From assembly GCA_964509585.1 (NCBI GenBank), contig CAZDXU010000137.1, positions 1-30,484 on the forward strand: a stretch of DNA of 30,484 nucleotides, read 5' to 3'. Positions 28,184-30,484 of this stretch are shown here, in pieces (position 1 is the stretch's first letter; every line of letters starts with the position of its first letter). The translations under genes and the position numbers were made by a program. The notes under the pieces were generated by a model. That model searched no databases. It was not told the DNA's origin and saw only the letters and a program-made list of their open reading frames with translations. Source of the stretch: an uncultured Actinomycetota bacterium. GTDB lineage: Bacteria > Actinomycetota > Humimicrobiia > Humimicrobiales > Humimicrobiaceae.

Positions 28184-30484
28184 ATGGACATGAGGCAGAC
28201 AATAAAAATAGTGTCGATATTTATACTGGTCCTGGCGCTGTGTATCTCATTTTCAATTTTTCCGGCAAAGACAGAACTGCATGCCGCAGGCAATGGTATA
28301 AAAGTCTTTATAGATCCTGGTCATGGCGGAAGGGATCCGGGTGCAGTGAGAAACGGCCTTAACGAAAAAGATGCCAATATTGCCATTTCGCTGAAGCTAA
28401 AAAATAAGCTGGAGGCAGCTGGTTTTACGGTCATAATGAGGCGTACCGGCGACCAGTACAGCACACTGGACGAGATAGTAAACGCAGCAAATAGCAGCGG
28501 CGCAGATATTTTCGTTTCAATACACAATAATGCTTCTTTGTCCTCTGCTGCTCATGGTACCGAGACATACTGGTGCGCCAATGGAGTAAACGGCTCTAAT
28601 CAGCTGGCAGGATATATCCAGTCTAACCTGGTAAGCCAGATAAACAGGGCAGACCGGGGTGTTAAGACTGCAAATTTCAGGGTAATTAAATATACTTCCA
28701 TGCCGGCTGCACTGGTAGAATGCGCTTTTGTCTCCAACCCTACCGAAGCCGAGCTGCTTAAGTCTTCTGCTTTCCAGGATAAATGCGCTTCCGGCATATT
28801 CAATGGTATTTCCAGGTTTGCTGAAGGCATAAATAAGGATACAGGCGATTATACTGATACTTCCGGCAGCAGTTCGGCCGGGTTTGCCGTCATAGTAGAT
28901 GAACCTGCTTCAAATGCCACTATAGGTACTGACTTCCAGATAAGCGGGTGGGCTGCTGACCTTATAAACCTTCCCCCCAAGAAGCTGGCCAAAGTCGAGA
29001 TATATAAAGGACTTGAGAGGAGTACAGAAAACTTCCTGGGGCAGGCTTCAAGATTCGACAGGCCCGATCTGGGCAGGGCAGATATACTGGAAAGCGGCTA
29101 TGTATTGAAGATAAGCCTGGATTCACTGTCAAAGGGGGAGAATATCCTCTATGTCTATGCCTATGACCACTACGGCAATTACACTTACAGGCCGGTCAAA
29201 GTCAATATTATTAAGGAGCAGGCTGCGGAAGAGCCGCCAAACGAGATCCCTGTCGCTGTTCCGGGAGGACCGTATTCAGGATCTGCCGGTGAAGAAATAG
29301 TATTTAACGGTTCCGGTTCCACTGACAATGATGGAGAAATAGTAGAATATAAATGGGATTTCGGTGACGGCCAGGAGGGAAGTGGTGTCAATCCCACACA
29401 TGTCTACCAGGCAGAAGGGACTTACAGCATCTCATTGAAGGTAAGGGATAATGACGATGCATATTCAGCTTCAGTCATCTCCGAGGCTGTCATATCATCG
29501 GAAGGATCAGGACAGGACTCGGAAGAACCGCCGGACGGGGATGGCGAAGAAGATGACCAGTCTGCTCCAGAACTGGAAACCGTATCAAATTCAACTGTTG
29601 TTACCGGATATGGCGATGTCACTGTAGACCAGCTTGTAAAACTGTTCATAGACAGGGATTCTCCCCAGGTAGAAAGGGCTTCCAGACTGGCCCGGCTGTA
29701 TATCGATTATGGGGAGCTTTTTGATATAAGGGCTGATATTGCCTGGGCCCAGATGTGCTATTCTACAGGTTTATTGGAATTTAACGGCAGTATCTCCATG
29801 GACCAGAATAATTTCTGCGCCATGGGAGCCATAGGTGATTCCAGCGGCAACAGTTTCGATACGGAAGAGCTGGGCGTAATTGCCCATTATGCGCATCTTG
29901 CATGGTATTATTATCCTGTCCATGTCAATGAATACTGTAACAGCCAGTATGACCCCAGGCACTTCGGCACCACTCATTACAGGTATACCGGAGATACTAC
30001 CCTGGGGCACCTTAACGGAAGATGGTCTTCAAGCAGCACCTATACCAACGGGATAATAGGATATGCCAATGAAGTAGTCCAGGCTGCGGATTTCGAAGAT
30101 GATAGCCATATTGTCACCGCTGATGCGGGAGAAGATATTTCTGCTAATGCCGGTGAGGAAGTCATACTTGATGCTTCCGGCAGTATTGTCTATCCGGTCT
30201 CACAGTCTCAATCAGTGACGTATGAATGGGATTGGGAATCTGACGGAACATATGACAAGACTTCCCAGGAAGCGCTCACCAGCCATATATTTGAAGATCC
30301 CGGCATTTATACTGTTACATTGCGCCTGTCTGCATTTGACAGTATCGAGTCCCTGGATTCCCTGGATGCTTTCATAAACAGTGTTCCCGCTGCAGATGCA
30401 GGAGGGCCATATGAAGCAGAGACCGGGGAGGAGATAATATTTGACGGCTCCGCATCTTCCGACACTGACGGAGAGATAATATCA
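28184..30484 (+). CDS. Secreted N-acetylmuramoyl-L-alanine amidase (Amidase_3) with Ig-like, PKD and GH73-like domains; partial, runs off the window
   Basis: I translated the frame as open from ATG 28184 to the window end. Signal peptide; Zn/catalytic residues in DPGHGG, NEKDAN, SIHNN and LVECAF; an SGWAAD Ig-like domain; PKD motifs (YKWDFGDG, YEWDW..DG, GGPY); glucosaminidase-like AWAQMCYSTG..QNNF. Confidence 0.88.
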   Translation, partial: MDMRQTIKIVSIFILVLALCISFSIFPAKTELHAAGNGIKVFIDPGHGGRDPGAVRNGLNEKDANIAISLKLKNKLEAAGFTVIMRRTGDQYSTLDEIVNAANSSGADIFVSIHNNASLSSAAHGTETYWCANGVNGSNQLAGYIQSNLVSQINRADRGVKTANFRVIKYTSMPAALVECAFVSNPTEAELLKSSAFQDKCASGIFNGISRFAEGINKDTGDYTDTSGSSSAGFAVIVDEPASNATIGTDFQISGWAADLINLPPKKLAKVEIYKGLERSTENFLGQASRFDRPDLGRADILESGYVLKISLDSLSKGENILYVYAYDHYGNYTYRPVKVNIIKEQAAEEPPNEIPVAVPGGPYSGSAGEEIVFNGSGSTDNDGEIVEYKWDFGDGQEGSGVNPTHVYQAEGTYSISLKVRDNDDAYSASVISEAVISSEGSGQDSEEPPDGDGEEDDQSAPELETVSNSTVVTGYGDVTVDQLVKLFIDRDSPQVERASRLARLYIDYGELFDIRADIAWAQMCYSTGLLEFNGSISMDQNNFCAMGAIGDSSGNSFDTEELGVIAHYAHLAWYYYPVHVNEYCNSQYDPRHFGTTHYRYTGDTTLGHLNGRWSSSSTYTNGIIGYANEVVQAADFEDDSHIVTADAGEDISANAGEEVILDASGSIVYPVSQSQSVTYEWDWESDGTYDKTSQEALTSHIFEDPGIYTVTLRLSAFDSIESLDSLDAFINSVPAADAGGPYEAETGEEIIFDGSASSDTDGEIIS

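Noticed and set aside
74-30010. Many opposite-strand or alternate-frame ORFs in the track (e.g. 74-682, 6502-7083, 9484-9852, 13226-13825, 26045-26572, 29771-30010)
   Set aside because: They overlap motif-supported genes and show no recognisable domains; shadow ORFs.
1-30484. CRISPR array, tRNA, rRNA, riboswitch, strong intrinsic terminators or a true integron
   Set aside because: No regularly spaced repeats, cloverleaf or rRNA-like sequence, or GC-rich stem plus U-tract was found by eye. The recombinase lacks the IntI insertion and there is no cassette array.

Overview
Bacterial cell-surface glycan biosynthesis locus (about 1-27125), followed by a GerMN lipoprotein and a large secreted amidase/PKD protein that runs off the right edge and is missing from the ORF track. 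The locus encodes five GT4 glycosyltransferases (one interrupted), two GT2-type enzymes, a GT-C-like membrane protein, a Wzx flippase, an O-antigen ligase/Wzy_C-type protein and an initiating phosphoglycosyl transferase. It also has three class I SAM methyltransferases, two radical SAM enzymes (one SPASM/twitch, one cobalamin-binding), a UDP-glucuronate decarboxylase-like SDR, a WbpO/TviB-like dehydrogenase with a frameshifted WbpP/TviC-like epimerase, and a HAD-domain protein that looks like a bifunctional ribofuranosyltransferase. The most notable feature is a 2,607-bp element (tyrosine recombinase + IS91-type Y2 HUH transposase) inside a GT4 gene. Joining its ends at a shared AAT yields an attC-like hairpin and restores an in-frame 404-aa GT4. 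I saw no rRNA, tRNA or CRISPR array. The taxon cannot be assigned from the sequence alone. All family calls come from motif recognition, not database searches.
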